From: Thermoplasmata archaeon
Lineage (GTDB): Archaea; Thermoplasmatota; Thermoplasmata; UBA10834
Reading direction: 5' to 3'
Length of the DNA stretch: 64,000 nt
Assembly (NCBI GenBank): GCA_038852315.1
Contig: JAWCKF010000001.1
Location: forward strand, 23,542 to 87,541
In this document: positions 29,435 to 38,900 of the stretch, piece by piece
Position numbering within the stretch: the stretch's first letter is position 1
Layout of the letters: every line of letters begins with the position of its first letter
Position numbers and translations under genes: made by a program
The notes under the pieces: generated by a model
Seen by the model: the letters and a program-made list of their open reading frames with translations, nothing else
What the model was told of the DNA's origin: nothing
The model's database searches: none

Positions 29435-30950
29435 CGCGGTCGAGGTCGGTGCGGGGGGCGCATCCCACGACAGGAACCTCATCGATATCGTCGGCCTCAA
29501 GAAGTACTTCCCCATAAGGGGCGGGCTCCTGAAGCGTGCGGTCGGCGCAGTCCGCGCAGTCGACGACGTGACGCTGTTCATCAGGAAGGGCGAGACGCTA
29601 GGACTCGTGGGCGAGAGCGGCTGCGGGAAGACGACCGTCGGCCGGTCAATCATGATGCTGACGCCTCCTACCGATGGCTACGTCTTCTACTGGGCTCCGA
29701 GACAAGTCGTGGCTGACTTCACCAGGCTCCTGAACCTTTGGAAGGGCACCGAGGGCCTGCGTATGACACCCAAGGTGGCCACGCAGCTGTTGGAACTCGT
29801 CGATAGACTTCTGTCGGCGCCCGAGTGCGAGGTCTCGCCCGGCAAGAAGAGGAGCATATGCTCCGACGCCAGGAAGCTGATGGCGCAGGTGTCGGCCGTC
29901 GGGTCCGGCGGCAAGCTGGGTACCAGAGAGGAGGACGTCCGCGAGCTCGTCGAGGAGGCGATTGAGGAGGTCGCCTCGAGGTACTGCATAAACTACAAAC
30001 GGAAGAGCGAGATCAAGCGCCTGAGGGGCAGGGTGCAGTTCGTGTTCCAAGACCCGTTCGCATCCCTCGACCCGAAGATGCTCATCAAGGACATCGTTTC
30101 CGAGCCGCTCAAGGCCCAGAAGAAGTGGCGAGAGTACGCCAACCCCAGGATACCGCTCTCCGCAAGGGACCTGGAGAAGGCACAGGAGTGGTACTCCCGC
30201 CTTTCCGAGAGCGAAAAGAGGAGGGTCATCGCCACGAAACTGGGGAAGGTGAGGGAGGGACAGGGCGCCACAGGGCCTGCGACGCCGCCTGATAGGGTCC
30301 CCGAGGACATCGCAAGGCGGTACCTGTACCTCGAGGCGAAGAACGTGCGGAAGAAGACGATCGCTCTGCTCGAGAAGGTGGGGTTGAACGTTGAGCACCT
30401 CTACAGGTTTCCGCACGAGTTCTCAGGCGGCCAGCGGCAGAGGATAGGCATCGCGCGCGCTCTCTCAGTCGACCCAGAGTTCGTCGTCCTGGACGAGCCA
30501 ACATCCGCGCTGGACGTCTCTGTGCAGGCGCAGATACTCAACATGCTCAACCAGCTCCAGGACGACTTCGGCCTGACGTACCTGTTCATATCGCACGACC
30601 TCAGCACCATAAGGTACATGTGCGACCGCGTCGCGGTGATGTACCTGGGGAAGGTAGTTGAGTACGCGGAGAAGAAGGAGCTGTTCGAGAGGCCGACACA
30701 CCCCTACACGGAGGCACTGCTGTCCGTCATACCCGTCCCCGACCCCGACCTCAAGAGGGACAGGATCATACTCCCCGGGGATGTGCCGAGCCCGGCGAAC
30801 CCGCCCCCAGGCTGCAGGTTCCACACCCGGTGTCCAGTAGCGATTGACATCTGCAGGGCCAAGGAGCCTGAGCTCGTGGACATAGGCGGGGAGCACTTCG
30901 TGGCATGCCATGTCAGAGCACCGAGCAAAGCCACCACAGGAGACAGCTGA
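29427..30950 (+). CDS. peptide ABC transporter ATPase (OppF/DppF-type), also carrying two large insertions
   Basis: Walker A GESGCGKTT, Q-loop FVFQDP, signature FSGGQRQR, C-terminal PPPGCRFHTRCP. 507 aa. Overlaps the upstream gene by 8 nt. Confidence 0.85.
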   Translation: MASAVEVGAGGASHDRNLIDIVGLKKYFPIRGGLLKRAVGAVRAVDDVTLFIRKGETLGLVGESGCGKTTVGRSIMMLTPPTDGYVFYWAPRQVVADFTRLLNLWKGTEGLRMTPKVATQLLELVDRLLSAPECEVSPGKKRSICSDARKLMAQVSAVGSGGKLGTREEDVRELVEEAIEEVASRYCINYKRKSEIKRLRGRVQFVFQDPFASLDPKMLIKDIVSEPLKAQKKWREYANPRIPLSARDLEKAQEWYSRLSESEKRRVIATKLGKVREGQGATGPATPPDRVPEDIARRYLYLEAKNVRKKTIALLEKVGLNVEHLYRFPHEFSGGQRQRIGIARALSVDPEFVVLDEPTSALDVSVQAQILNMLNQLQDDFGLTYLFISHDLSTIRYMCDRVAVMYLGKVVEYAEKKELFERPTHPYTEALLSVIPVPDPDLKRDRIILPGDVPSPANPPPGCRFHTRCPVAIDICRAKEPELVDIGGEHFVACHVRAPSKATTGDS

Positions 30951-31266
30951 CGAGCGCCGTGCCAGGGTATACGCTGCCCGCAGAGACGAATCTCTCGACG
31001 ATGAGCAGGTAGGAAGGTTGGCCCGCAAGCACCTCCCCTGGAAGGACTGGATACTGGCCGACTTCCTCAGGTACTGGTTCTGGCTGGGCGTGCTCGCCGT
31101 CACAACATTCGCCCTGATGGACCTGGCGAGGGCGCTACATCTGAAGGACGCTGTCGGGGTCGCGACCCTGGCCGTCCTCTTCTTGACGGTCATCGTTCTC
31201 GCCTCGATGCTCTATGTCCGCATCTGGCCAAGGGGCATTCTGACCAGGTTCGACCGGAAGAGATAG
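30910..31266 (+). CDS. small two-TM membrane protein, hypothetical
   Basis: 118 aa: charged N-terminus, then two hydrophobic helices (WFWLGVLAVTTFALMDL; VATLAVLFLTVIVLASMLYV). Overlaps the oppF end. A CTTTTT run 17 nt after the stop could be a terminator. Confidence 0.45.
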   Translation: MSEHRAKPPQETADERRARVYAARRDESLDDEQVGRLARKHLPWKDWILADFLRYWFWLGVLAVTTFALMDLARALHLKDAVGVATLAVLFLTVIVLASMLYVRIWPRGILTRFDRKR

Positions 31267-31270
31267 GCCG

Positions 31271-32992
31271 GTGCTGAGGAGCGCCTTTTTCGGGGAGCAC
31301 GGCATACACTTCTCATGCGATCGCGTACGGAGGGAAGGGGGGACGAACTCGAACGCATACCTTGCGGCCTTGTTGGTGGTCACGGCCTATGTGACCCTGC
31401 TCACAGTGGGTTGTAGGACAGGGCTTTGGAAGAGATTCGGAGTCGTGCTCCTCGGCCCAGTGATGATGTTCAGGACCAAGCGGGGACGTGGATTCATCGA
31501 GAGGGTCGCACGCCCGAGGAGGGTCTGGACAACCCTTGGCAGCCTGGCGGTATTCATCACCTCAGCATCAGCAGCCGCCCTCACTGCCTTCCTGGTTCTC
31601 CAGGCGGCCGACTCGGCCGAAGAGGGGGCCGCGTTTGAGGTTGAGCCAATCGCTCATGGAGAGCCGCCTGCCAGGTTTGCCGCGACAGCTCTGTATGTAG
31701 TCGTCAGTTTCGCTGCTGCCATCGCAATACACGAACTCGCTCACGGTGTAATGGCCGCCTCTGCGGGAATAAGGCTGCTCCATACGGGAGTGCTGGTGTT
31801 CGTCATACCAGTAGGTGCCTTCGTGGAAACGGACGACGAGGGGCTGAGGAACGCTCCGAGGAGGAGCAGGCGGAGACTTTACGCCTCAGGCCCCGCCTCG
31901 AACCTGGTGATGGCCGGCGTGTTCTTCCTGGTGCTAGTCGGCCTGGTTGGACCGGCAGCCAGGCCACTGAACCCGGGGGCTGTCGTGACCGACGTTGCCT
32001 TGGACTCGCCCGCTGCCGTGTATGGCATCGAGCCATGGGACGAGATTGTTTCGGTGGGCGGCGCGCCCGTGTTGAACAACACACAGATGCGGCAGGCGTC
32101 CTTTGCAGAGCCAGGGGAGCCGGTCAGGGTCGAGATGTTCCGCGGGTCGACGCGTATCACGGTGTATGTGCCGGGAGGCGTTGTGATACACGCCGTCTAC
32201 GAGGGGCCCGGCCACGATGCCGGCCTCAAGCCAGGAATGATAGTGAGGAGCCTGAACAGAACCTTGATACACACCATCTCCGAGTTCCGGTCGGCAACAG
32301 AGAACGCATCCATGCACGAGCCTGTGGAGATCACTGTCTTGAGCTACTATAAGAGCGCCAACGGAGGGAAGGGGGGCTATCTAGTCAACACTAGCGTCGC
32401 GACGGTGAATCTGACCTCCAAGTGGCTCTACTACTGGACGCACTATCCGTGGGCCAACAGAGAGGAGTACAAGGGCGTCAGCTTCATGGCCGTCTCCGTC
32501 TCCCCCCTCGGTGTGTGGACGGAGGACTTGGAGCGCCTGACCTCGCGCGTTGCGAGACCTTTCGACTCGGGGGAAGACATCATGGAGACCTTCAGGGACT
32601 TCGTGGGATTGCCCTTGGCAGGATACTCGCCCGTCACGAACCCCGTGGCCGAGCTGTACGGGCCTGGCGGAGTTCTGGGGTTCATGCCTTCGAGCCTTTA
32701 CTGGACTGTTCTGAATCTGCTTTACTGGCTGTTCTGGGCCAACCTCATGCTGGGCCTGACGAACGCGCTGCCAGCGCTGCCCTTCGACGGCGGATACCTC
32801 GTGCGGGACCTGCTCAGGGGATTTGCCGCGTGGCGGGGGAGGAGGGTCCCGGGCCTGGATGCTACGATAGGAAGGAGGCTGTTCACTGAGGAACGTGTCG
32901 ACGACATCATGCTGTTCGTGTCAGGGATGCTCGTGTTCCTTGTGGCATATCTGCTTCTCGAGGGGAATCTCAGGAACGCCCTCGGTGCATGA
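31271..32992 (+). CDS. site-2 protease family (peptidase M50) intramembrane zinc metalloprotease with a PDZ domain
   Basis: HELAHG (HExxH) lies in a TM helix. PDZ segment GAVVTDVALDSPAAVYGIEPWDEIVSVGGAPV. Polytopic. The start within 31271-31470 is uncertain. Confidence 0.75.
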   Translation: MLRSAFFGEHGIHFSCDRVRREGGTNSNAYLAALLVVTAYVTLLTVGCRTGLWKRFGVVLLGPVMMFRTKRGRGFIERVARPRRVWTTLGSLAVFITSASAAALTAFLVLQAADSAEEGAAFEVEPIAHGEPPARFAATALYVVVSFAAAIAIHELAHGVMAASAGIRLLHTGVLVFVIPVGAFVETDDEGLRNAPRRSRRRLYASGPASNLVMAGVFFLVLVGLVGPAARPLNPGAVVTDVALDSPAAVYGIEPWDEIVSVGGAPVLNNTQMRQASFAEPGEPVRVEMFRGSTRITVYVPGGVVIHAVYEGPGHDAGLKPGMIVRSLNRTLIHTISEFRSATENASMHEPVEITVLSYYKSANGGKGGYLVNTSVATVNLTSKWLYYWTHYPWANREEYKGVSFMAVSVSPLGVWTEDLERLTSRVARPFDSGEDIMETFRDFVGLPLAGYSPVTNPVAELYGPGGVLGFMPSSLYWTVLNLLYWLFWANLMLGLTNALPALPFDGGYLVRDLLRGFAAWRGRRVPGLDATIGRRLFTEERVDDIMLFVSGMLVFLVAYLLLEGNLRNALGA

Positions 32993-33064
32993 GGGGAGGA
33001 CCTTCCCTGCTAGGGAACGAGTAGTTGTGCTTGGAGCACGATAAGACGATGACTACACCGCCAG

Positions 33065-33074
33065 ATAGTATAAT
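33065..33074 (+). promoter_or_regulatory. TATA box (ATAGTATAAT) about 30 nt upstream of the ATG at 33102; leaderless
   Basis: Spacing TATA+28..32 to the start codon. Confidence 0.45.
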
Positions 33075-33101
33075 GGCTCCGCCCGTCATTCTCCGCGTGC
33101 C

Positions 33102-33647
33102 ATGGCCCTGAGGATGACTTGGACGAGGAGGGCACTCGACCTGCCCGAGCACGTAAGGGGGGAACTGGCGCGCAGGCTCAATCGGCTTCACAGGTACTTT
33201 CCGGAGGTTAGAGGGGGCGTGCGCATAGGCATCACGAGATCACTTGAAGGGTTCGCCTTCCAGTCCGATGAGGGCGATGCCAAGCTGATGCTGGAGGTCC
33301 GCCGGCGCAGGAACGGCGGCTGGAAGCTGCCTACGTACTGGACGTTGGGGCACGAGCTGATGCACCTCGCGCAGTTCAACAGCTCGGGCATTCCCCAGGG
33401 GGAACGGGCGTGCGATGTCTTCGCGCTGGCCCGACTTCCTCCGAGGTTCATAGACGAGGCTCCCAGCTACCTGGTCGTACCCCGGGGGTGCAGAGGGTGC
33501 TGGACCAGACGCCACGCGAGGCTCGCGCATGATGTCGCCAAAGAGGCCGTGGCGCTTCGGAGCGGGGGGCTCAAACGATACGCGGTTTGGTGGGAACGCG
33601 AGTTCAACTGGCGTGCGGGTAGGAGCAACTTACGCGCGACACGATAG
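33102..33647 (+). CDS. small HExxH metal-dependent hydrolase-like protein (DUF45/YgjP-like HELxHL motif)
   Basis: WTLGHELMHLAQFNSSG resembles the YgjP/DUF45 HEL(C)HL..HNHS signature. 181 aa, Arg-rich, with CRGC near the C-terminus. Confidence 0.45.
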   Translation: MALRMTWTRRALDLPEHVRGELARRLNRLHRYFPEVRGGVRIGITRSLEGFAFQSDEGDAKLMLEVRRRRNGGWKLPTYWTLGHELMHLAQFNSSGIPQGERACDVFALARLPPRFIDEAPSYLVVPRGCRGCWTRRHARLAHDVAKEAVALRSGGLKRYAVWWEREFNWRAGRSNLRATR

Positions 33648-33673
33648 CATGACCCCCCTCCCTCGTGGTGAAC

Positions 33674-34360
33674 TTAGTGCGTCGACGGGGGTTGGACCTC
33701 CGGCGGCGTCCTGCCCTTCTTGGCGGCGATCCTGTATCTCAGCGCGATGACTGAAACAATCGTGACCGGCACAATGACCGCTATGCACACCGCCGTGCCG
33801 ATCCAAGTCGTTTCCCACGGAACGAACTCCTTGCGAGTGTCGAAGTCCTTCAGGTTCTCACTGTACGCGTTGCTCTTCACACGGATGTCGTCTGAGTAAT
33901 AGACGCCCACGCCGATCTCGCATCTGCTGATGTAGTTGGCTATCACCGAGCAGTCGTTGCTGAACGAGACTGTGACGCCGATGCCGCAGTCGGATATCTC
34001 GCAGTTCTCAATAATGGCGTTCGACACGTTGTAGAGCACGACGCCGTTGCTGCAGTTGCTCAGATGACAGCTCCTTATCACCAGATGGGCCTTCGTGTTG
34101 TGGATAGATATCCCGATAACACGGCTGGATGGCGAGATCTCCAAACCCTCGATCACGTACGGATCGGATGATGTGCCAGAACCGCCGGAGACAGCGCTCA
34201 CACCCGGCCAGTCATCGTCGCCCATCACCGAGACGGGACCTGACGGGACGAGGCCCGAGTACCCGCTCGTGATGGCCGGCACCAGAGCTAGCGCTGAGAT
34301 CACGGCAGCAAGGCAGTATCCGAGAAATGCGGTGTTCGCGGGTATGATCCAAGTGCGCAT
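33674..34360 (-). CDS. secreted right-handed parallel beta-helix repeat protein (NosD/pectate-lyase-like fold), C-terminal TM anchor
   Basis: Signal peptide MRTWIIPANTAFLGYCLAAVISALALVPA. Repeated hCxIS(N/D)Cx.GV modules. C-terminal TM helix plus an AAKKGRTPP tail. Confidence 0.65.
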   Translation of the reverse strand: MRTWIIPANTAFLGYCLAAVISALALVPAITSGYSGLVPSGPVSVMGDDDWPGVSAVSGGSGTSSDPYVIEGLEISPSSRVIGISIHNTKAHLVIRSCHLSNCSNGVVLYNVSNAIIENCEISDCGIGVTVSFSNDCSVIANYISRCEIGVGVYYSDDIRVKSNAYSENLKDFDTRKEFVPWETTWIGTAVCIAVIVPVTIVSVIALRYRIAAKKGRTPPEVQPPSTH

Positions 34361-34597
34361 CCGTGAGCCATAGGCACAGAGGGCATAAAACACCTTCTGG
34401 TGTGGCGCATCTTAACAAGGCCGGACCACCACACGCATCCTTCCCGCCCCGGTCGATACCCGAGTTCAATCCGCTTCTGCCTCCCCCCTTTGTTCGGACG
34501 TTGATGTTGCTCGCCGTCTCTGTTGCTAGACGGAGCGGACGGCCCATGCCGGAGCCGCAAGAAGCCTTCCTGATTCGGCTGCCACAAGGACAAGAAG

Positions 34598-34672
34598 CGG
34601 GCGTGAAGGGATTCGAACCCTTGACCACTTGCTTAGGAGGCAAGTGCCATATCCTGACTAGGCCACACGCCC
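34598..34672 (-). tRNA. tRNA-Arg (anticodon CCU)
   Basis: 75 nt. Acceptor GGGCGTG/CACGCCC, anticodon stem CTTGC/GCAAG, loop CTCCTAA, T-arm AAGGG-TTCGAAT-CCCTT. TATA at 34706-34715 on the same strand. Confidence 0.85.
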
Positions 34673-34705
34673 TCGGCGAGACCTTCTAGCACTATTCCTC
34701 CGGAG

Positions 34706-34715
34706 GTATATAAAC
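34706..34715 (-). promoter_or_regulatory. TATA box (TTTATATAC on the minus strand) about 35 nt upstream of the tRNA-Arg 5' end
   Basis: gtatataaac on plus, read on the minus strand. Confidence 0.5.
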
Positions 34716-34739
34716 TGGTTCCGAGTATCGATGTGGGTC

Positions 34740-35603
34740 TCAGGTGCTCCTTCTATCCTCCTCGGTCAGCTCCTCGGGGGCTCTCTCCTCCGACTTCTTC
34801 TCCTGGGACTCAACAGGTTCCGAAGGTCGGCCCTCCTCCTTGCCTTCTTCGCGCTGCTCCTTCTTGGGCCTCTCGTACTCCTCGACGAAGGATATCCTAT
34901 CAGCATCGAGAACCTCGCGCAGATCAGTCAGAAGCCTGTACTTCGCGATCATCCAGCGCTGGTCATACTTGCACGAGTCCGAGAGCTTGATCCTGAAGTC
35001 CTTGCCGTGGTGCTCGACCTCGAACCCCTCTGAAGTCCCGTAGGCCGACCTGATGAGGAGTTTCACGATCTCGGTCGGCTTTGTGGGCTTCTCGACGATC
35101 TTGTACCTGTACCTCAGCGTCCGCCCGGCAAGCCTGTTGTTGAAGTCCAGCCTGACCCTGCCCGCCGTGACCGCCGTGATTATCGCCGGCTTACCCTTCA
35201 CGGTGACCTCTAGCCCCACCCTCGGCTCGATCTCCTGCTTGACGAACTCCCGCAGAGGGCGTAGCTCCACGAGCTTCGGGTTCCTCGGCCCAGCGGCCTT
35301 CTCCGGAGGAATGATGACCTCCACCTCCTTGCCTATCTCGGCCTTCAGCATCGATTCATCGAGCCCCGGGAAGAGTCTGCCTTTGCCGACGATCAGCGGT
35401 TGTGGTCCGTAGGTCATCTTCTCGTTGTAGATGTTGTTCTCTTTGGCCCTCTCCTCGCTGGTAGTGTCGAACAACTCGTTGCTGTCGTGTATCCAGGCAT
35501 CGAACTCAGCCAGAACAACATCGCCCTCTTTGACGTGGACCCCGGCCGCGTCCGTGTGGCCGCCCTTTCCGTGGTGCTTGTCCGCACCCTCCTCCTCACT
35601 CAT
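34740..35603 (-). CDS. long-type archaeal FKBP peptidyl-prolyl cis-trans isomerase with an IF-like insertion and an acidic C-terminal tail
   Basis: VKEGDVVLAEFDAWIHDSNELFDTT is the FKBP core. C-terminal tail EQREEGKEEGRPSEPVESQEKKSEERAPEELTEEDRR. Start taken at the internal ATG (MSEEEGADKHHG). Confidence 0.75.
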   Translation of the reverse strand: MSEEEGADKHHGKGGHTDAAGVHVKEGDVVLAEFDAWIHDSNELFDTTSEERAKENNIYNEKMTYGPQPLIVGKGRLFPGLDESMLKAEIGKEVEVIIPPEKAAGPRNPKLVELRPLREFVKQEIEPRVGLEVTVKGKPAIITAVTAGRVRLDFNNRLAGRTLRYRYKIVEKPTKPTEIVKLLIRSAYGTSEGFEVEHHGKDFRIKLSDSCKYDQRWMIAKYRLLTDLREVLDADRISFVEEYERPKKEQREEGKEEGRPSEPVESQEKKSEERAPEELTEEDRRST

Positions 35604-35792
35604 TGAAATCTCACCGCTGGTGCGCGTTCTGTGTGGATACTCAGCTGCCATTTAAAGCTTCCGCAATTATCGGCTGGTTCCAGGAAAAGCAACTGGGTGA
35701 GCTGGATGCAGCGAGGTGCCGAAACTGGGAGATCCGTTCGCCTGTGAAAAGCTATATCCGAACGCCCTCATTACTCAGCGCAGCGGATCCGT

Positions 35793-35865
35793 GCCACCGT
35801 AGCTCAGCCGGAAGAGCAGCTGACTTGTAATCAGCAGGTCGGGAGTTCGAATCTCCCCGGTGGCT
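35793..35865 (+). tRNA. tRNA-Thr (anticodon UGU)
   Basis: 73 nt. Acceptor GCCACCG/CGGTGGC, D-arm GCTC..GAGC, anticodon stem GCTGA/TCAGC with loop CTTGTAA, T-arm GGGAG-TTCGAAT-CTCCC. Confidence 0.85.
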
Positions 35866-35916
35866 CTTAAGCGAACCGGGAGAACGACTACCTGGCTGGC
35901 GCGAACAACCAACGTC

Positions 35917-35927
35917 AATATATAAGC
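35917..35927 (+). promoter_or_regulatory. TATA box (CAATATATAAG) about 65 nt upstream of the FG-GAP surface protein start
   Basis: AT-rich octamer in an otherwise GC-rich spacer. Confidence 0.4.
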
Positions 35928-35986
35928 CTGGAATCGATGCACTTTCGGACGGGCTTCAGCGGTGCGAGCCCCGGAGGAGTGGTTGG

Positions 35987-38900
35987 ATGAGACCAGGTTC
36001 AGTAGACAGAACAGTGTCATCGCTTCTGGCAGTCTGTGCAATCTTATCGTCCATGACGCTGGCCTTGCCTGGATGCGCAGAGGGTGCGACGGTGTACGGC
36101 AACGCAAGCGAGTACGTGGACGGGAACGAGGCGATGCAGAATCTCGGACGGTCAGTGGCACTCGCGGACGTGAACCTGGACGGCATATCAGATCTCGTGG
36201 TAGGTGCACCATACACTACAGCAGGGGGGATGAGGAACGCTGGTTCCGTGGTGATCTACGCCTCGGCCGCAGGCGTTCCCATGGCCAATGTCATCGTGAT
36301 CAACGGGACATCCTCATGGGACCTGTTCGGCTGGACAGTGGCGGACGTTGGCGATATCAACGGAGATGGCGCACACGACCTGGCCATTGGAGCGCCCTTG
36401 GCGGACCCGGGCGGGAGAGCGGACGCGGGCACCGTCTATCTGTTCTTCGCCTGGGCCGGCTTTGACGGCACCTGCAATTCAACCATAGAGGGTGCGAACG
36501 AGGGCGAGGAGCTAGGGTTCGCGCTTTCCGCCGCTGGGGATATCAACAAGGATGGCTTCGACGACCTGATCGCAGGAGCGCCGTTCTACACTTCAGGGAC
36601 TTTGGCGGAGGCTGGCAGGGTCTACATCTACTACGGAGGATCCCCCATGGACAAGAACCCTGACAGGACCTTCACAGGCAGCTCTGCGGGAGCGCACCTG
36701 GGGTGGAGCGTCTCCGGCGGAGCGAGCGTGGACGGCGACACCAAGATGGATGTGGTTGCGGGCGCTCCGGGGCAGGGAACCGCTGGGGCTGCGTACGTGA
36801 TCAGAAACCTAGACAGGACCAATCCGACTGTTACGGTTGTCACGGGCAAGAGAGCATATGAGAACTTCAGCTTCTCCGTAGCTCTCGTACCAGACCTGAA
36901 CGGCGATCTCATCGGGGACATCGCCATAGGTGCTCCCACGAACAGCGACAACGGCTCCTGCGCGGGGGCCGTTTACGTGCTCTTCGGCAGCTCGAAGTTC
37001 AACACTGTGGTGGACATGACGCTCACGGGCGCTCCTGACGAATGGTTCGGGTGGGCTGTTGTCTCGGGCGACATGCGCGAGGACGGTGTGTCGGATCTGC
37101 TGGTTGGCGCCCCGAACAGCCGGCTGAACGAGACCGCCGTCGGACGAGCGTACGTCTACTTCGGCGGGGCGAGCATATCCGAAGCTCCGAACATGACCCT
37201 CGTTCCGGATAGCGGAGCGAGCTTCTTCGGGGGGAGCCTCGCTGTCGGGCCGAACATGACTGGCGATCCTGCACCTGACTACGCTGTAGGCGATCCACTG
37301 TTCAACGTACCCGGATATCCGAACGCGGGAAGGGTGTACCTCTACTCCGGTGTACATGTGGTCGTCCCGAAGAACCCGGTGGTCAAGGGGCATGTGTACA
37401 TACCTGGCACGACCGTCGGCCTATCAGGGTTCACCGTCACGCTCGAGTCCGACAACAACGCCTATTCGACGACCACAGACTCGTCTGGGGCCTATGAGCT
37501 CATGGCCATACCTGGCACATACTGGCTGAACGTCTCGAGGACGGGATACGTGCCCAACTCGACGACCATCACCCTCGCCACAAACGAGGTAGCAGTCCTG
37601 GATTTCTACCCCTTGACTGTGCCCTATGTCCGAGGGACTGTGAGGGACGCCGTCAGTTCCACCGCACTCAGAGGAGCGACAGTGGCCCTGTACGCAGGCG
37701 GCGGACTCAAGGCGTGGATGACCACGCCCGCGAACGGCTCGTACTGGTTCTGGCTGCCCGAGGATCTGGTGCCGCCGGTCGGCGGGTCTGTCACGGTCAC
37801 CGTCGCCGCCTGGAGCTCGATGCATTACACCTCCTCGACCGACATCATCCTGGCAAGGAACGACTCAGTGGTGAGCAGTTTCGCCCTTGACAGGTTCCCA
37901 GTCGTCACGGGTTCTGTCCGCGACGCCCTCTTCCTCTCGGCTATCAGGAACGCGCTCGTGACGGCGAACCAGGGCGCGTCCGTCCTCGCGGCGACCGTCA
38001 CGGACATCAGAGGGGAATACGAGATCGTTGCAGTCAATGCGACCGCTGGGTCGCTGTACCTGAACGTCACCGCCTCTGGCTATTTCAGACAGACGGGCTC
38101 GGTCGCCGTTGAGAAGAACGGCACCTACACGCTGAACTTCATACTCCAGGTGGACAACGCGCCGCCCAGCTCGCAGCTGGCTACCCTGCCCCAGTATGTC
38201 ACCACCGAGAACTTCACAATCTCCGCCACCGCCACTGACTTGAACGGCATCAAGGAGGTGCAGCTGTGGTACAGACTCGGCAGCTCAGGAGCGTACGCCA
38301 AGTACGGGTCCGACTACGAGCCTCCCTACGTGTTCACATTCACGTCTTCGGCCGCCGGGGGGGACGGGCTCTACGAGTTCTACTCCTTGGCGGTGGACCT
38401 CGCTGACAACACCGAGCCCGCCCCTGCGACGAACGACACGTGGACTTTCGTGGACGCCCATGCGCCGGAGCTGGCTGTGTCTGAGCCCTCCGAAGGTGCA
38501 ATCCTGCCTGTCTCGACCGTCGCGGTTGTGTGGTCCGGCAGCGACTCCGGCTCGGGCATCGTCAAGTACGAGGTCAAGCTCGACTCCGGGGAATGGGTCG
38601 ACAAGGAGCTCTCCACCTCTCACGAGTTCGCATCGGTAGGAGACGGACCGCACACGGTGACCGTCAGGGCCAGCGACTTCGCCGGGCTGCAGAGGGAGAT
38701 ATCTGTGCATATAACGGTCGACACGCGCGCGCCCACCTCTGCCATGTCGGCACTGCCCTCCGTCACAGCCTCCTCCAACCTGACGCTGGCCGCGACTGCC
38801 ACCGACCTGAACGGCATCAAGGAGGTGCAGTTCTGGTACAGGTACGGCGGCAGCGGGGGTTTCTCGCTCCTGGGGAGCGACGACTCCCCGCCGTATGAGC

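Noticed and set aside
34363-34689. 108-aa + strand ORF
   Set aside because: It overlaps tRNA-Arg(CCT) on the opposite strand and its promoter. Low-complexity content.
34731-35033. 100-aa + strand ORF overlapping the FKBP gene 3' end
   Set aside because: Leu/Gly/Arg low-complexity shadow frame. The FKBP gene on the minus strand is well supported, and the TATA at 34706 is oriented toward tRNA-Arg.
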